A stretch of 64,000 nt of DNA from the NCBI GenBank assembly GCA_024451685.1, contig JAMXCW010000006.1:5218-69217 (forward strand). Reading direction: 5' to 3'. Positions within the stretch are counted from its first letter, which is position 1. Every line of letters starts with the position of its first letter. Source of the stretch: Candidatus Bathyanammoxibius amoris (GTDB lineage: Bacteria > Planctomycetota > Brocadiia > Brocadiales > Bathyanammoxibiaceae). The position numbers and the translations under genes are program-made. Under the pieces are notes generated by a model, which saw nothing but the letters and a program-made list of their open reading frames with translations, was not told the DNA's origin and made no database searches. Shown here piece after piece: positions 36,843-46,570 of this stretch.

Positions 36843-37970
36843 TTAAGGCTCCTGCTTGTGGGTATGCGGCACAATGCCTTCTATCAGGACGTCCTCTCCA
36901 AACACCCTGGTGCTGACGTCTTTCAACGCCAGGGCATCCTCAACCTTATCCGCCCCAATCCCCAGTACAGGCATGCTCGCCTCGCCACCACCGATTATTT
37001 TTGGTGAAATAAAGGCCATCACCTTGTCCACCAGTCCCTCTTCAAAGAAGGAGGCCATTAGAATGCCCCCGCCTTCGACGAGTATATTGGTAATCTTTTC
37101 CTTGCCCAGCAACATCATCAATTCCACCGGGTCTACCTTGCTTCCCCTGCCTTCAACTATCATTAACCTGCAGCCCGCCTTGCTCAGCTTGTCCAGGCGT
37201 TCAGCAGGCGCGTGGTGGGTCGCAGCCACCACTACCTCGGACTCCGATATGGTGCGTACCAGTTGAGAGTCCAGTGGGAGACGGGCACGTGTGTCCATCA
37301 CCAGCCGCTTGGGATTCCTTCCCCCCTCATGATGGCGGCACGTCAACAGCGGGTCGTCCCTTAACACCGTGCCTATGCCTACCACCATCATATCTACCTG
37401 GGAACGGATCTTATGGGCGTATTCCCTCGATTCTTGAGAGGATATCCACTGAGAGTCTCCCGTGTGGGTAGCCGTCTTCCCATCCAGGCTCATGGCCCAT
37501 TTGGCAGTGACGTACGGCAGTCCCACCGTCATCAGCTTAAAAAATGGCGCGTTTAACTTCCCGGCCTCCTCTGCCATCACGCCTGTCACTACCTCTATGC
37601 CCGCCTGCCTCAACTTGTCCGCGCCCTTGCTCTTCGTTTCAGGGTTTGGGTCCATTGTCGCCATCACCACTCTCTTTATACCTGCCTCTATGAGTCTTTC
37701 GACACAGGGGGACGTTTTCCCATGGTGTGCGCAGGGCTCAAGGGTGACGTAAAGTGTGGCGCCCCGCGAAGAGGAACCGGCCTCTTCCAGCACACACACC
37801 TCTGCATGCGGACCGCCAAAGTATTCATGATGGCCCTGACCAACAACCTTGCCGTCCTTAACCATCACGGCACCGACCATGGGGTTAGGCTCTACCCTGC
37901 CAATTCCTTTCTCTGCAAGCTCCAGAGCCACCTGCATAAAGCGCCCGTCGTCTTTCGTAGTATGTTTCAT
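36843..37970 (-). CDS. ribD: Bifunctional riboflavin biosynthesis deaminase/reductase
   Basis: Deaminase zinc motifs HAEV and PCAHHGKTSPC; C-terminal reductase domain. Confidence 0.9.
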   Translation of the reverse strand: MKHTTKDDGRFMQVALELAEKGIGRVEPNPMVGAVMVKDGKVVGQGHHEYFGGPHAEVCVLEEAGSSSRGATLYVTLEPCAHHGKTSPCVERLIEAGIKRVVMATMDPNPETKSKGADKLRQAGIEVVTGVMAEEAGKLNAPFFKLMTVGLPYVTAKWAMSLDGKTATHTGDSQWISSQESREYAHKIRSQVDMMVVGIGTVLRDDPLLTCRHHEGGRNPKRLVMDTRARLPLDSQLVRTISESEVVVAATHHAPAERLDKLSKAGCRLMIVEGRGSKVDPVELMMLLGKEKITNILVEGGGILMASFFEEGLVDKVMAFISPKIIGGGEASMPVLGIGADKVEDALALKDVSTRVFGEDVLIEGIVPHTHKQEP

Positions 37971-38408
37971 CCAATCAACTCTCTAAAGAAAAAATGTATC
38001 TGGCAACACCTTTTGTCCGTTTTTGTCGTCACAAAGCCCCGCCGCGGTGACATATAGCCCCCCCCCTTCAGGACATCGGACACAGTGACATCCCCCGGTG
38101 AGCAGATCTAAAACAACCGCCGTTATTTGTGCTGTCGCCACGTATATTTCCTTTTATCAGAATCCCACAAGGTTATCAAGACCTGCGTATATTCTTCGTT
38201 GCACGGACCGCCCCTGAAGGCGCATCCCTGATAACCGGTGAAGTAACCCCTCTCCCGCCGATGGTCGCCTTTATACGGATATGTTACCGGGCATCTTAAT
38301 GAAGTTCACGAACATAATCTACCTTTATTCGTTTGCAAAAGCTGGGCTGGCTGTGGTAGAATTTTTGCCTGGTTACTATTCCACTGGTCAGCCTGAAAGG
38401 GTCTTTCG

Positions 38409-38645
38409 ATGCATAGCTCTCCAATAGCTGGTTTGATTGGCCTTTATGAATTGATATTATTTGTGCGGATCGTCCTGACGTGGATACCGCACGACCGTGA
38501 GCATCCGGCAGCAGGGCTTCTGTTTAAGGTGACCGAGCCCGCGCTGGAGCCCATTAGAAAGGTCATCCCGCCCGTGGCCGGGATAGACGCGTCTCCCATT
38601 GCCCTCTTCATCGGGCTTGAGTTTGTCAAACGTATTTTCAGCTAA
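38409..38645 (+). CDS. YggT-family membrane protein
   Basis: Two TM helices with ILFVRIVLTWIP ... EPIRKVIPPVAGIDASPI. Confidence 0.7.
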   Translation: MHSSPIAGLIGLYELILFVRIVLTWIPHDREHPAAGLLFKVTEPALEPIRKVIPPVAGIDASPIALFIGLEFVKRIFS

Positions 38646-38718
38646 TAAATTTTTTACCTCTATGGTCTCATGATTCTCCTCGTATGACCTCTCTTCTGCC
38701 GCAGAAAGGACGGTTTTA

Positions 38719-39384
38719 ATGAAACTCTCCCGTGAAAAGCTGGCGAAGATGATAGACCACACACAGATAAGACCTGATGCCGGGAGAGACCAAATAATAA
38801 ATCTCTGCAGTGAGGCCGGGGAATACGGCTTCTGTGCGGTCTCAATCCCACCCGTGTACGTCTCCCTGGCGGTAGAGTGCCTGAAAGGTTCATCCGTAAA
38901 GGTCGGTGCCGTTGCAGGCTTTCCTTTCGGATACGGCTACACCGAGGCCAAGATAGTGGAGACCGCGCTGGCAGTAAGCCAGGGCGCGGCGGAGATTGAC
39001 ATGGTCATGAACGTTGCCGCCTTGAAGTCGAAGGACTACTCCCTGGTGCGCAGGGACATAGAAGGGGTGGTAATGGCGGCCCGCGGCGGCACGGTCAAGG
39101 TGATTATAGAAACCTGTCTGCTGACGGATAAAGAGAAGATAGAGGCATGCAAGATTATCGGAGATGCCGGTGCGAACTTCGTGAAGACGTCTACCGGGCT
39201 TGTCGGCGGAGGCGCGACGGTTGAGGACGTGCGGCTGCTGAGGCGGCATGCCCCTGAGGGAGTACAGGTCAAGGCCGCCGGAGGAATACGTGACGCAGAG
39301 ACCGCGCTGGCAATGATAGCGGCCGGCGCCGCACGGATAGGCACCAGCACGGGGCCTGAAATAATAAAGGGCTGCGGGAAATAA
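38719..39384 (+). CDS. deoC: Deoxyribose-phosphate aldolase
   Basis: [25 protein letters not shown] (Schiff-base Lys context). Confidence 0.9.
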   Translation: MKLSREKLAKMIDHTQIRPDAGRDQIINLCSEAGEYGFCAVSIPPVYVSLAVECLKGSSVKVGAVAGFPFGYGYTEAKIVETALAVSQGAAEIDMVMNVAALKSKDYSLVRRDIEGVVMAARGGTVKVIIETCLLTDKEKIEACKIIGDAGANFVKTSTGLVGGGATVEDVRLLRRHAPEGVQVKAAGGIRDAETALAMIAAGAARIGTSTGPEIIKGCGK

Positions 39385-40571
39385 TGTCTAAAGATATCCG
39401 CCGGGTGGTAATAATCGTCCTGGACAGCCTCGGCGTCGGGGAGCTGCCCGACGCTGAATGGTTCGGCGACGAGGGGAGCAACACCCTTGGTAATCTGGCC
39501 CGGGCTGTGGGCGGTCTGCGGCTGCCCAATCTCGAGGCACTGGGACTGGGAAAGATAATACCCGTCGAGGGGCTTCGCGGCGATGCAACCCCGGGGGCAT
39601 TTTATGGAAAGATGGCCGAGCACTCCAGCGCAAAGGACACCTCTACCGGCCACTGGGAGATGACCGGTATAATTACCAAAAAACCCTTTCCCACATATCC
39701 CGACGGTTTTCCGGAAGAAGTCATCGAAAAATTTACCGGGGCTATCGGCAGGCCCGTACTGGGCAACAAACCCGCGTCGGGCACGGAGATAATAAAGGAG
39801 CTGGGAGAGGAGCATATAAGGACGGGCCGCCCGATAGTTTACACCTCCGCCGACAGCGTGTTCCAGATAGCCGCCTGTGAGGCTGTAATACCGGTAGAAG
39901 AGTTATATGATATGTGCAAGACGGCCCGCGGTATCCTGACCGGCAGGCATAACGTGGGCCGTGTCATCGCCAGGCCGTTCATCGTCTCAGAGGGACGATA
40001 CGTAAGGACCGAGAGACGGAAGGACTTCTCCGTGCCGCCGCCCAGACCTACACTGCTGGACGTGGCAAAAGATAAGAACCTTGAGGTAACAGGCGTAGGC
40101 AAGATAGGGGATATTTTTGCCCATACGGGATTGACCCGGGAACTCCACACGGGGAACAATCATGAAGGGGTGGACCAAACGATAAATTGCATCAAAAAAG
40201 GGGATCCCAGGGGTATAATCTTTACCAACCTGATAGACTTTGATATGAAGTACGGGCACAGAAATAACCCGGAGGGCTATGCGAGGTGTCTGGAGGAGTT
40301 TGACGTGCGCCTGCCTGAGATACTGGACGCACTAAGGGACGACGATATACTCTCAATGACGGCAGACCACGGCTGCGACCCCACCACGCCGAGCACCGAC
40401 CACTCCCGGGAGTACGTGCCCCTTCTGGTGTACGGCAGGTCCCTGGGCAAGGTACGTTCCCTTGGGGTCAGACAGAGTTTCTCCGACCTTGGGGCTACCG
40501 TGGCGGAGGCCCTTGGACTGCCGCCCCTCGCCCACGGAACGAGCTTTTACGGGGACATGTTTCAGAACTAA
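39384..40571 (+). CDS. deoB: Phosphopentomutase
   Basis: [32 protein letters not shown]. Its start overlaps the deoC stop (TAATG). Confidence 0.9.
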   Translation: MSKDIRRVVIIVLDSLGVGELPDAEWFGDEGSNTLGNLARAVGGLRLPNLEALGLGKIIPVEGLRGDATPGAFYGKMAEHSSAKDTSTGHWEMTGIITKKPFPTYPDGFPEEVIEKFTGAIGRPVLGNKPASGTEIIKELGEEHIRTGRPIVYTSADSVFQIAACEAVIPVEELYDMCKTARGILTGRHNVGRVIARPFIVSEGRYVRTERRKDFSVPPPRPTLLDVAKDKNLEVTGVGKIGDIFAHTGLTRELHTGNNHEGVDQTINCIKKGDPRGIIFTNLIDFDMKYGHRNNPEGYARCLEEFDVRLPEILDALRDDDILSMTADHGCDPTTPSTDHSREYVPLLVYGRSLGKVRSLGVRQSFSDLGATVAEALGLPPLAHGTSFYGDMFQN

Positions 40572-40582
40572 CCGGGGTTAAA

Positions 40583-41686
40583 ATGATTATCGGCGTACCT
40601 AAAGAAACAAAGGCGGACGAGTACAGGGTAGCCCTCATACCGGTGGGTGCCGAGGAACTGGTGAAACTGGGGCATACGGTCCTGGTGGAAGAGGGCGCCG
40701 GGCTTGGCAGCAGCATCACCGACGGGGAATACTCAAGGGTGGGGGCAAAGCTGGTCAAGAACGTGGAACGTGTCTTCTCTGACGCGGATATGGTGCTCAA
40801 GGTGAAGGAGCCCCTGCCGGAGGAGTATACCCTTCTCCGGGAGGATTTAATAATCTTCACCTTCTTTCACTTCGCGGCCTCAAGAGAACTCATCGATGCG
40901 GTTGTGAAATCAAGGTCTGTGGCAATCGCCTATGAGACCGTGAGGGACGAGCGTGGGGGCCACCCGCTGCTGACGCCCATGAGCGAGGTGGCGGGGCGGA
41001 TGTCCATACAGCAGGGGGCGAAGTATCTGGAGAAACCGATGGAAGGGAGGGGTATCCTCCTGGGCGGGGTCCCGGGGGTAGCCCCCGCGGAGGTGGTGGT
41101 GATAGGCGGCGGCATTGTCGGGACCAATGCGGCGAAGGTGGCCGCCGGCCTGGGGGCAAGGGTCTCGATTATGGACATCAATTTGGACAGGCTGAGGTAT
41201 CTCGACGATATAATGCCCAAAAACGTCATCACCCTCATGTCAAACGCCCAGAATATAAGAGAGCGGCTCAGGGAGGCCGACCTGCTCATCGGCGCCGTAC
41301 TCATAGAAGGGGCACGGACCCCGGTGCTTATTACGAGGGATATGGTAAAGACGATGAAACAAGGCGCGCTGATAGTCGACGTATCCATTGACCAGGGCGG
41401 CTGCATCGAGACCAGCAGGCCCACCACACACACCAAACCCACCTTCATGGTCGACGGGGTGCTGCACTACTGCGTGACCAACATGCCCGGCGCGGTAGGC
41501 GGCACGTCTACCTACGCGCTGGCCAATGCCAGCCTGCCGTACGTGGTAGAGATAGCGGACAAGGGATACGAAAAGGCGGCGTCGGAAAATCCGGCCGTAA
41601 GATGTGGACTAAACATCGTAAAAGGAAAAATCGTCAACAAGGCCGTGGCGGAGGCATTCGGTCTAACACATCATGACACCTTCTAA
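40583..41686 (+). CDS. ald: Alanine dehydrogenase
   Basis: MIIGVPKETKADEYRVALIP; NAD fold VVVIGGGIVGTNAAK. Confidence 0.9.
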   Translation: MIIGVPKETKADEYRVALIPVGAEELVKLGHTVLVEEGAGLGSSITDGEYSRVGAKLVKNVERVFSDADMVLKVKEPLPEEYTLLREDLIIFTFFHFAASRELIDAVVKSRSVAIAYETVRDERGGHPLLTPMSEVAGRMSIQQGAKYLEKPMEGRGILLGGVPGVAPAEVVVIGGGIVGTNAAKVAAGLGARVSIMDINLDRLRYLDDIMPKNVITLMSNAQNIRERLREADLLIGAVLIEGARTPVLITRDMVKTMKQGALIVDVSIDQGGCIETSRPTTHTKPTFMVDGVLHYCVTNMPGAVGGTSTYALANASLPYVVEIADKGYEKAASENPAVRCGLNIVKGKIVNKAVAEAFGLTHHDTF

Positions 41687-42512
41687 GTGGCGATACATAG
41701 AGGACGACGGCTCCCCGGCCGGCTTCGGGCTTGCGGCGGACGAATACATTGCCAAAAAACTCTGCGCGTCGCCCTATTCCCACATAATCAGGCTCTACAC
41801 GTACAAAGGGCCGTGTGTCATGGTGGGCAGGTTTCAGGACGTTGACTCAGAGGTCAATCTCTCCCGCTGCAGAGAATTACCGGGCGTAGAAATAAACCGC
41901 AGGCCGACCGGCGGCGGCGCAATCGTCATGGGAGAGGGACAACTGGGCGTAGCCATAGCAGGTCCCATGAAAGAGAAAGACCGGTCACCGCTTCTGGCGT
42001 CAAAGGCCGTGTTAAGCCCCTTCACAAGGGGAATAATCGCCGCGTTTGGGCTGATGTGCCTTCAGGCATGGTTCCGGCCGGAAAATGACATCTGCATAAG
42101 AGACAAAAAGATAGCCGGGCTTGCCTCCTGCTGTCTGGACGAAGGTACTGCCGTGCTCTACCACGCAAGCATACTGGCGGATATGGATACCGGCCTGATG
42201 CTGGACCTCTTAAAAAAGCCGGGGGAAAAACCGGGTAACAAGAAAGGTGGTGCAATAACCACCGTCTCCAGCGAACTGGGCAGGCATGTCAGCACCGATG
42301 AACTAAGGGACTATGTTAAAAGAGGCATTGAAAAAACCCTTCACGCCGAGTTCATACCGGAGCCGCTAACCGAAAAAGAACTGGCAGAGGTAAAAAACCT
42401 GGAACAAAAAAAATATAGTAACACGGACTGGATATATCATGGAAAAGAGCACCCAACACAAAACTCGCGCAAACAACTGGAGATTGCCGCGGGGTTACGC
42501 CCCTCGCAATGA
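41673..42512 (+). CDS. Lipoate-protein ligase / octanoyltransferase family (BPL_LplA_LipB) protein
   Basis: RRPTGGGAIVMGEGQLGVAI and KIAGLASC (catalytic Lys context). It overlaps the ald stop by 14 nt. Its last ~10 codons run into a repeat element. Confidence 0.65.
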   Translation: MTPSKWRYIEDDGSPAGFGLAADEYIAKKLCASPYSHIIRLYTYKGPCVMVGRFQDVDSEVNLSRCRELPGVEINRRPTGGGAIVMGEGQLGVAIAGPMKEKDRSPLLASKAVLSPFTRGIIAAFGLMCLQAWFRPENDICIRDKKIAGLASCCLDEGTAVLYHASILADMDTGLMLDLLKKPGEKPGNKKGGAITTVSSELGRHVSTDELRDYVKRGIEKTLHAEFIPEPLTEKELAEVKNLEQKKYSNTDWIYHGKEHPTQNSRKQLEIAAGLRPSQ

Positions 42513-42570
42513 CAAAGGACGAGAGCATCCAGCACAAGCTTGTCATTGCGAGCGAAAGCGAAGCAATCTC
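42487..42570. repeat. Hairpin/inverted-repeat element (CGCAATGACA ... TGTCATTGCG plus ATTGCGAGCGAAAGCGAAGCAAT)
   Basis: 10-bp inverted-repeat arms at 42505-42514 and 42541-42550, plus an adjacent ATTGC/GCAAT stem. Confidence 0.6.
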
Positions 42571-42579
42571 TGATTCCTA

Positions 42580-43722
42580 ATGACAGTGGACGTGCACACC
42601 CAACACAAGACCCATACACACAGCACACAATACCCTGAATCCGTCAAGACCAGCCTCGCGTCCGCCCTGACCCTGAGGTTTCTCTCCGGCAGGTTCTACC
42701 GTGATGCCCGGAATTTCTGCGTAAACCTCCTGCTAAACTACCCCGACGACTGCAGGGCGAACTGCGCATACTGCGGTCTCGCGCGTTCGCGGCCCCGGGG
42801 AGAAGATTCCTTCATCCGTGTAGACTGGCCCGTGTTAAGGACCGGCGACGTACTGGACAGGCTCTCAAGATACCGTGATACGGTCCGGCGAATCTGCATC
42901 TCAACCGTCTTTCACCCCCGTGCAGTTGAAGACACCATTAACCTCGCCGGGGCCGTGCGCGCGGCGGCGGTGGACGTCCCGCTTTCTGTGTTAATTACGC
43001 CCGGCCTGTTCAGCCTCGGGGAACTTGGGGAGTTAAAAATTCTTGGGGCGGATTACCTGGGCGTCGGGCTTGACGCCGCCTCGGAGAGGGCGTTTGAACT
43101 GACGCGCGGTTCCCGCGTCCGCGGCCCGCTCAGCTGGGCCGATTACCTCGACACCCTTAGGGGCGGTGTAGAGGTTTTTGGAAAAAAACGAGTGAGCTGC
43201 CACATCATGGTGGGCATCGGGGAGACGGACAGGGAACTGGCCGAGTGTTTTTTTCAGGTGCATGCCATGGGGGTGCTGATACACCTGTTCAGCTTTTACC
43301 CTGAGCCGCATTCCCGGATGTCCCGGCGGAAGCGGCCCGCCCTGAAGAGATTCCGCCGCGCGCAACTGCTGGCCTGTCTGGTGGAACGGCATCTTATAGA
43401 ACAACCTGACGTCGAGTTTGACCCGCGGGGCAGACTCATCCGTATTAAAGACTCTGTAAAGGAGATTGTGGAAGAAGCTATTAAAGACGGGAGACCCTTT
43501 GTGACCGGTGGATGCCCCGACAGAGACGGCGATATCGGCTGCAACCGTCCCTTTGGCAGCTACCGTCCGGGTGAGTCCTTCAGAGACTTCCCGTTCCACC
43601 CGGCGCCGGAAGACCTTGGGCGCATAAAGAGAGAACTAAGACTGGACGAGCTTTTTGGAGCGGGCACAAAAACCGGCCGCCGAAGACGACCGATACCCCG
43701 TCCTACGTCTATTGTAGAATAA
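42580..43722 (+). CDS. Radical SAM protein, biotin-synthase-like (possible LipS-type lipoyl synthase component)
   Basis: CRANCAYCGLA (CxxxCxxC) about 60 aa from the N-terminus; a TIM-barrel-sized core; sits next to the lipoate-ligase-family gene. Confidence 0.6.
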   Translation: MTVDVHTQHKTHTHSTQYPESVKTSLASALTLRFLSGRFYRDARNFCVNLLLNYPDDCRANCAYCGLARSRPRGEDSFIRVDWPVLRTGDVLDRLSRYRDTVRRICISTVFHPRAVEDTINLAGAVRAAAVDVPLSVLITPGLFSLGELGELKILGADYLGVGLDAASERAFELTRGSRVRGPLSWADYLDTLRGGVEVFGKKRVSCHIMVGIGETDRELAECFFQVHAMGVLIHLFSFYPEPHSRMSRRKRPALKRFRRAQLLACLVERHLIEQPDVEFDPRGRLIRIKDSVKEIVEEAIKDGRPFVTGGCPDRDGDIGCNRPFGSYRPGESFRDFPFHPAPEDLGRIKRELRLDELFGAGTKTGRRRRPIPRPTSIVE

Positions 43723-43936
43723 ACTACATAAATCGTAGAATCCGTTCCATATCCATTGCATAATCCACACCAGCCGTCAAATCCGTCTTGCAGTCTGACG
43801 TAATTCCTTTATCTACAGTAAGATACAGTGTTGCATCTGCGGCATTTTAATCAACAAAAAACCTGAAACGGCACACGTATTGCAGCTATCACTATTAGAG
43901 TTAGAAGGTTATGCCGTTGAGGAAGGGGTTTTTGCC

Positions 43937-44110
43937 ATGTTACTAAAGAAAATACTAAATTGGGATTCGTTGCCTGTGCCAAAACGTCTTGACCTGGCGA
44001 ATAGTCTCGCCAGGCGGTACGGTATACCTGACTTCTGGTACTGGAGAGACAGTCCCATATACGGCCACGAACTAATAATGGTCTGGAAGTCGGATGGGAA
44101 GAACAATTGA
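43937..44110 (+). CDS. Small hypothetical protein (57 aa) at the edge of the AT-richer islet
   Basis: ATG with GAGGAAGGGG upstream. No family recognised. Confidence 0.2.
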   Translation: MLLKKILNWDSLPVPKRLDLANSLARRYGIPDFWYWRDSPIYGHELIMVWKSDGKNN

Positions 44111-44480
44111 AGACAATAAGCAAAAGTTCCTCTTCTCATGCAGGCATCTTAAGAGAAAGAACCCGTGTCGTCTTCAGGGATAAGTGTCCGTTTGAAGGCT
44201 GCAGCCTGTGCAGACCCCTGCGCCATCGTGGAACTACATAAACACGCGCATACATCTTCTTGAAGTAACAGCAAACCTCCATTCCGTCATTATCCACATA
44301 AATTGCATCTAATCCTCCTTGGCCTGGACATCACGTCCACTTCCTACGGGCTTAAATTCACGGCCAAATTCCAAGATCTTTAACCTTGCTGACAGGGGGT
44401 AGCTAGGGTATATTTAGCTGGCTGGAACTTTATTTTAACGCTTTTGCTACAAAATTTCCTGACTGTTTTTAAGCATTGGG

Positions 44481-45425
44481 ATGAAAAAGAAAACAAAGAA
44501 GAAGCCTGCAGTTAAAATTAACGCTAAGGGCAGAAGAACGACATTATACAACTTCCCAAAAGAGCCTCTTGAATTTTACATCTCTGAAGATACAGCCTCT
44601 TACGGCAGGAAAAAGCCGTTCTCTATATATTACGATGCCCCCGAACACTCTATACGGCTGCTAAAAGGTGATTGTATAGAAATACTGAATCAAGCAAGGG
44701 AAAACTCTGTAGACATGATTTTTGCCGATCCTCCTTATTTCCTCTCAAACGGTGGTATTACCTGTCATGCAGGTAAGATGGTTTCTGTAAATAAAGGTAG
44801 CTGGGACAAATCTAAGGGGGTAGAGCAGAACCACCTATTCAATCTCGAGTGGCTCAAGGCTTGCCAGCGTGTTTTAAGAACTGATGGGACTATTTGGGTT
44901 TCCGGAACCACCCACATCATCTACTCGGTCGGCTTTGCCATGCAGGAACTTGGCTTCAAAATTCTTAACGACATTATATGGTACAAGCGTAATGCCCCCC
45001 CGAATCTCTCATGCCGGTATTTTACCCACTCGACGGAGGTTGTTTTATGGGCAGCCAAAGACAAGAAGAGCAAGCATTATTTTAATTACAAGCTGATGAA
45101 GAAATTTAATAATGGTAAACAAATGCGGAACGTGTGGCAACTTTCTTCGCCCCCAAAGGTAGAAAAGAAGCATGGTAAGCATCCAACACAAAAGCCTGTT
45201 GGACTTTTAGAAAGGATAATACTCGCTTCAACCAAAAAAGATGACCTTGTACTAGATCCCTTTTGTGGCAGCTCGACAACAGGGGTTGCCGCGGTTTTGT
45301 TGAACAGGAAGTATGTAGGGATTGATTTGGAGGCGGAATATTTGTGTCTTTCTAAGAAACGTTTAAAAGAGGCAATTGAAAACCCGTCTTTATTCCCGCT
45401 TGAAGAGGCAGTGTCTGTTTGCTAG
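44481..45425 (+). CDS. Beta-class DNA methyltransferase, probably N6-adenine (DpnA/Dam-beta-like)
   Basis: Motif IV IFADPPYFLSNGG precedes motif I LDPFCGSSTTG (beta permutation). DPPY favours m6A. Confidence 0.85.
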   Translation: MKKKTKKKPAVKINAKGRRTTLYNFPKEPLEFYISEDTASYGRKKPFSIYYDAPEHSIRLLKGDCIEILNQARENSVDMIFADPPYFLSNGGITCHAGKMVSVNKGSWDKSKGVEQNHLFNLEWLKACQRVLRTDGTIWVSGTTHIIYSVGFAMQELGFKILNDIIWYKRNAPPNLSCRYFTHSTEVVLWAAKDKKSKHYFNYKLMKKFNNGKQMRNVWQLSSPPKVEKKHGKHPTQKPVGLLERIILASTKKDDLVLDPFCGSSTTGVAAVLLNRKYVGIDLEAEYLCLSKKRLKEAIENPSLFPLEEAVSVC

Positions 45426-45459
45426 TTCAGCGTTAACCCTTATAAATAACGAATGCTAT

Positions 45460-46080
45460 ATGGAACGGCAAGAAGCTATCAAGAGGATATCTACTATAAT
45501 CGGTAAGGATCTTCGTAAACTTGCTAAAAAGTATAGGGTAACTGTCTTCAAGTGTGGAAAAAAGAATAAAGGCTGGGCGGGCCATGTTGTAGAGCGTCAC
45601 CTGGGGCTACCTTTAAATTCATCCAGATCACCGAACTTTGGCTCTTGGGAATTAAAGGTTATTTCTCTGAAATACCTCAAAAGCGGGGCACTTACCGTTA
45701 AAGAGACAATGGCAGTAACAATGATTGACCCTTATAATGTTGCTAGGACGCAGTTCGAACACAGCCATTTATTGAATAAGATGAGAAGGATGTTGCTACC
45801 CGGAAGGATTTGGGAGAATAAGGAAGAGACATTTTCATTACTTTATGCTGCAAAGACATTTGATTTAAATGACCCTGAGATATATAAGCAAGTAAAAGCG
45901 GACTATGATTTAGTCCGAAATACAATAATCAATAAAGGTTTTTCGGCATTAACCAGCAAAATGGGTGTATTTATTCAACCACGGACAAAAGGTCCGGGAC
46001 ATGGAAGCACATCGAGGGCCTTTTACGCACGAACGTCTTTTCTGAAAAAAATCTTTTTCCCTCCCGATTCAGGTAAATAA
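45460..46080 (+). CDS. MutH/Sau3AI-family type II restriction endonuclease
   Basis: Collinear with E. coli MutH as I recall it: KNKGWAGHVVERHLG (MutH KGWIGVLLEIWLG), FGSWELKV (MutH LGVELKT), HLLNKMRRML (MutH HKLKRVLW), FIQPRTKG ... FYARTSFLKKIF (MutH LQIRPKA ... FYLKKNF). Confidence 0.75.
   Translation: MERQEAIKRISTIIGKDLRKLAKKYRVTVFKCGKKNKGWAGHVVERHLGLPLNSSRSPNFGSWELKVISLKYLKSGALTVKETMAVTMIDPYNVARTQFEHSHLLNKMRRMLLPGRIWENKEETFSLLYAAKTFDLNDPEIYKQVKADYDLVRNTIINKGFSALTSKMGVFIQPRTKGPGHGSTSRAFYARTSFLKKIFFPPDSGK
46016..46080 (+). repeat. Direct repeat copy 1 (the last 65 nt of the endonuclease gene)
   Basis: 58 of 65 positions are identical to 46486-46550 by my count. Confidence 0.85.
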
Positions 46081-46142
46081 GAAGCCACGTGTGAACTCGG
46101 GAGGAATTATTTTACAGGGTGTCTTAGAAAGAGAAACCAATA

Positions 46143-46388
46143 ATGGAAAAACTAATGAAAAGAGAACAAGTGAAGAGAATCTTTAAAATAGGTGAACTTG
46201 ATGGATTCTATGTGGATGAAAAGCTTGATAGGACAGTCCATATAACCCTTGAAAGTGAAGATACTATCGTAATTGATATTTTTGACACAGCCCAAGCTGC
46301 CTATGATTCAAATACTGGCAATGCGCTCGGAATTGTTGAGTTGAATCTTAAAACCGGAGACACACAACATTTTAAAGAGGGAAGGTGA
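46143..46388 (+). CDS. Hypothetical 81-aa protein bracketed by the 65-nt direct repeats
   Basis: Only ORF evidence and a weak Shine-Dalgarno. No family recognised. Confidence 0.3.
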   Translation: MEKLMKREQVKRIFKIGELDGFYVDEKLDRTVHITLESEDTIVIDIFDTAQAAYDSNTGNALGIVELNLKTGDTQHFKEGR

Positions 46389-46485
46389 CATCAAAAAGGG
46401 GGACGAAAACAGGACACTACCCAAATCTCCCCTCTGGCATGACCTGCCACACCCCAATACTGCCATTTATAGTTGCCCCATTTAT

Positions 46486-46550
46486 GGGCCTTTTACGCAC
46501 GAACGTCTTTTCTGAAAAAGATCTTTTTAACTCCCGATCCTGACAAATAA
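46486..46550 (+). repeat. Direct repeat copy 2 (orphan copy of the endonuclease gene's 3' end, still ending in TAA)
   Basis: It would encode ...AFYARTSFLKKIFLTPDPDK-stop, compared with ...AFYARTSFLKKIFFPPDSGK-stop in the gene. Confidence 0.85.
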
Positions 46551-46570
46551 TTTACCTCTATTCCAGTTGC

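Noticed and set aside
37971-38408. FMN (RFN) riboswitch upstream of ribD. CTTCAGGGGCGG and GTCCGATGTCCTGAAGG loosely resemble the P1 ends.
   Set aside because: The core RFN elements (GGGTGAAATTCC..., CCGACGGT...AAGTCCGGATG) are absent on the ribD strand.
39036-39815. 259-aa minus-strand ORF spanning the deoC/deoB junction.
   Set aside because: It is antisense to two strongly supported genes and has no recognisable domain.
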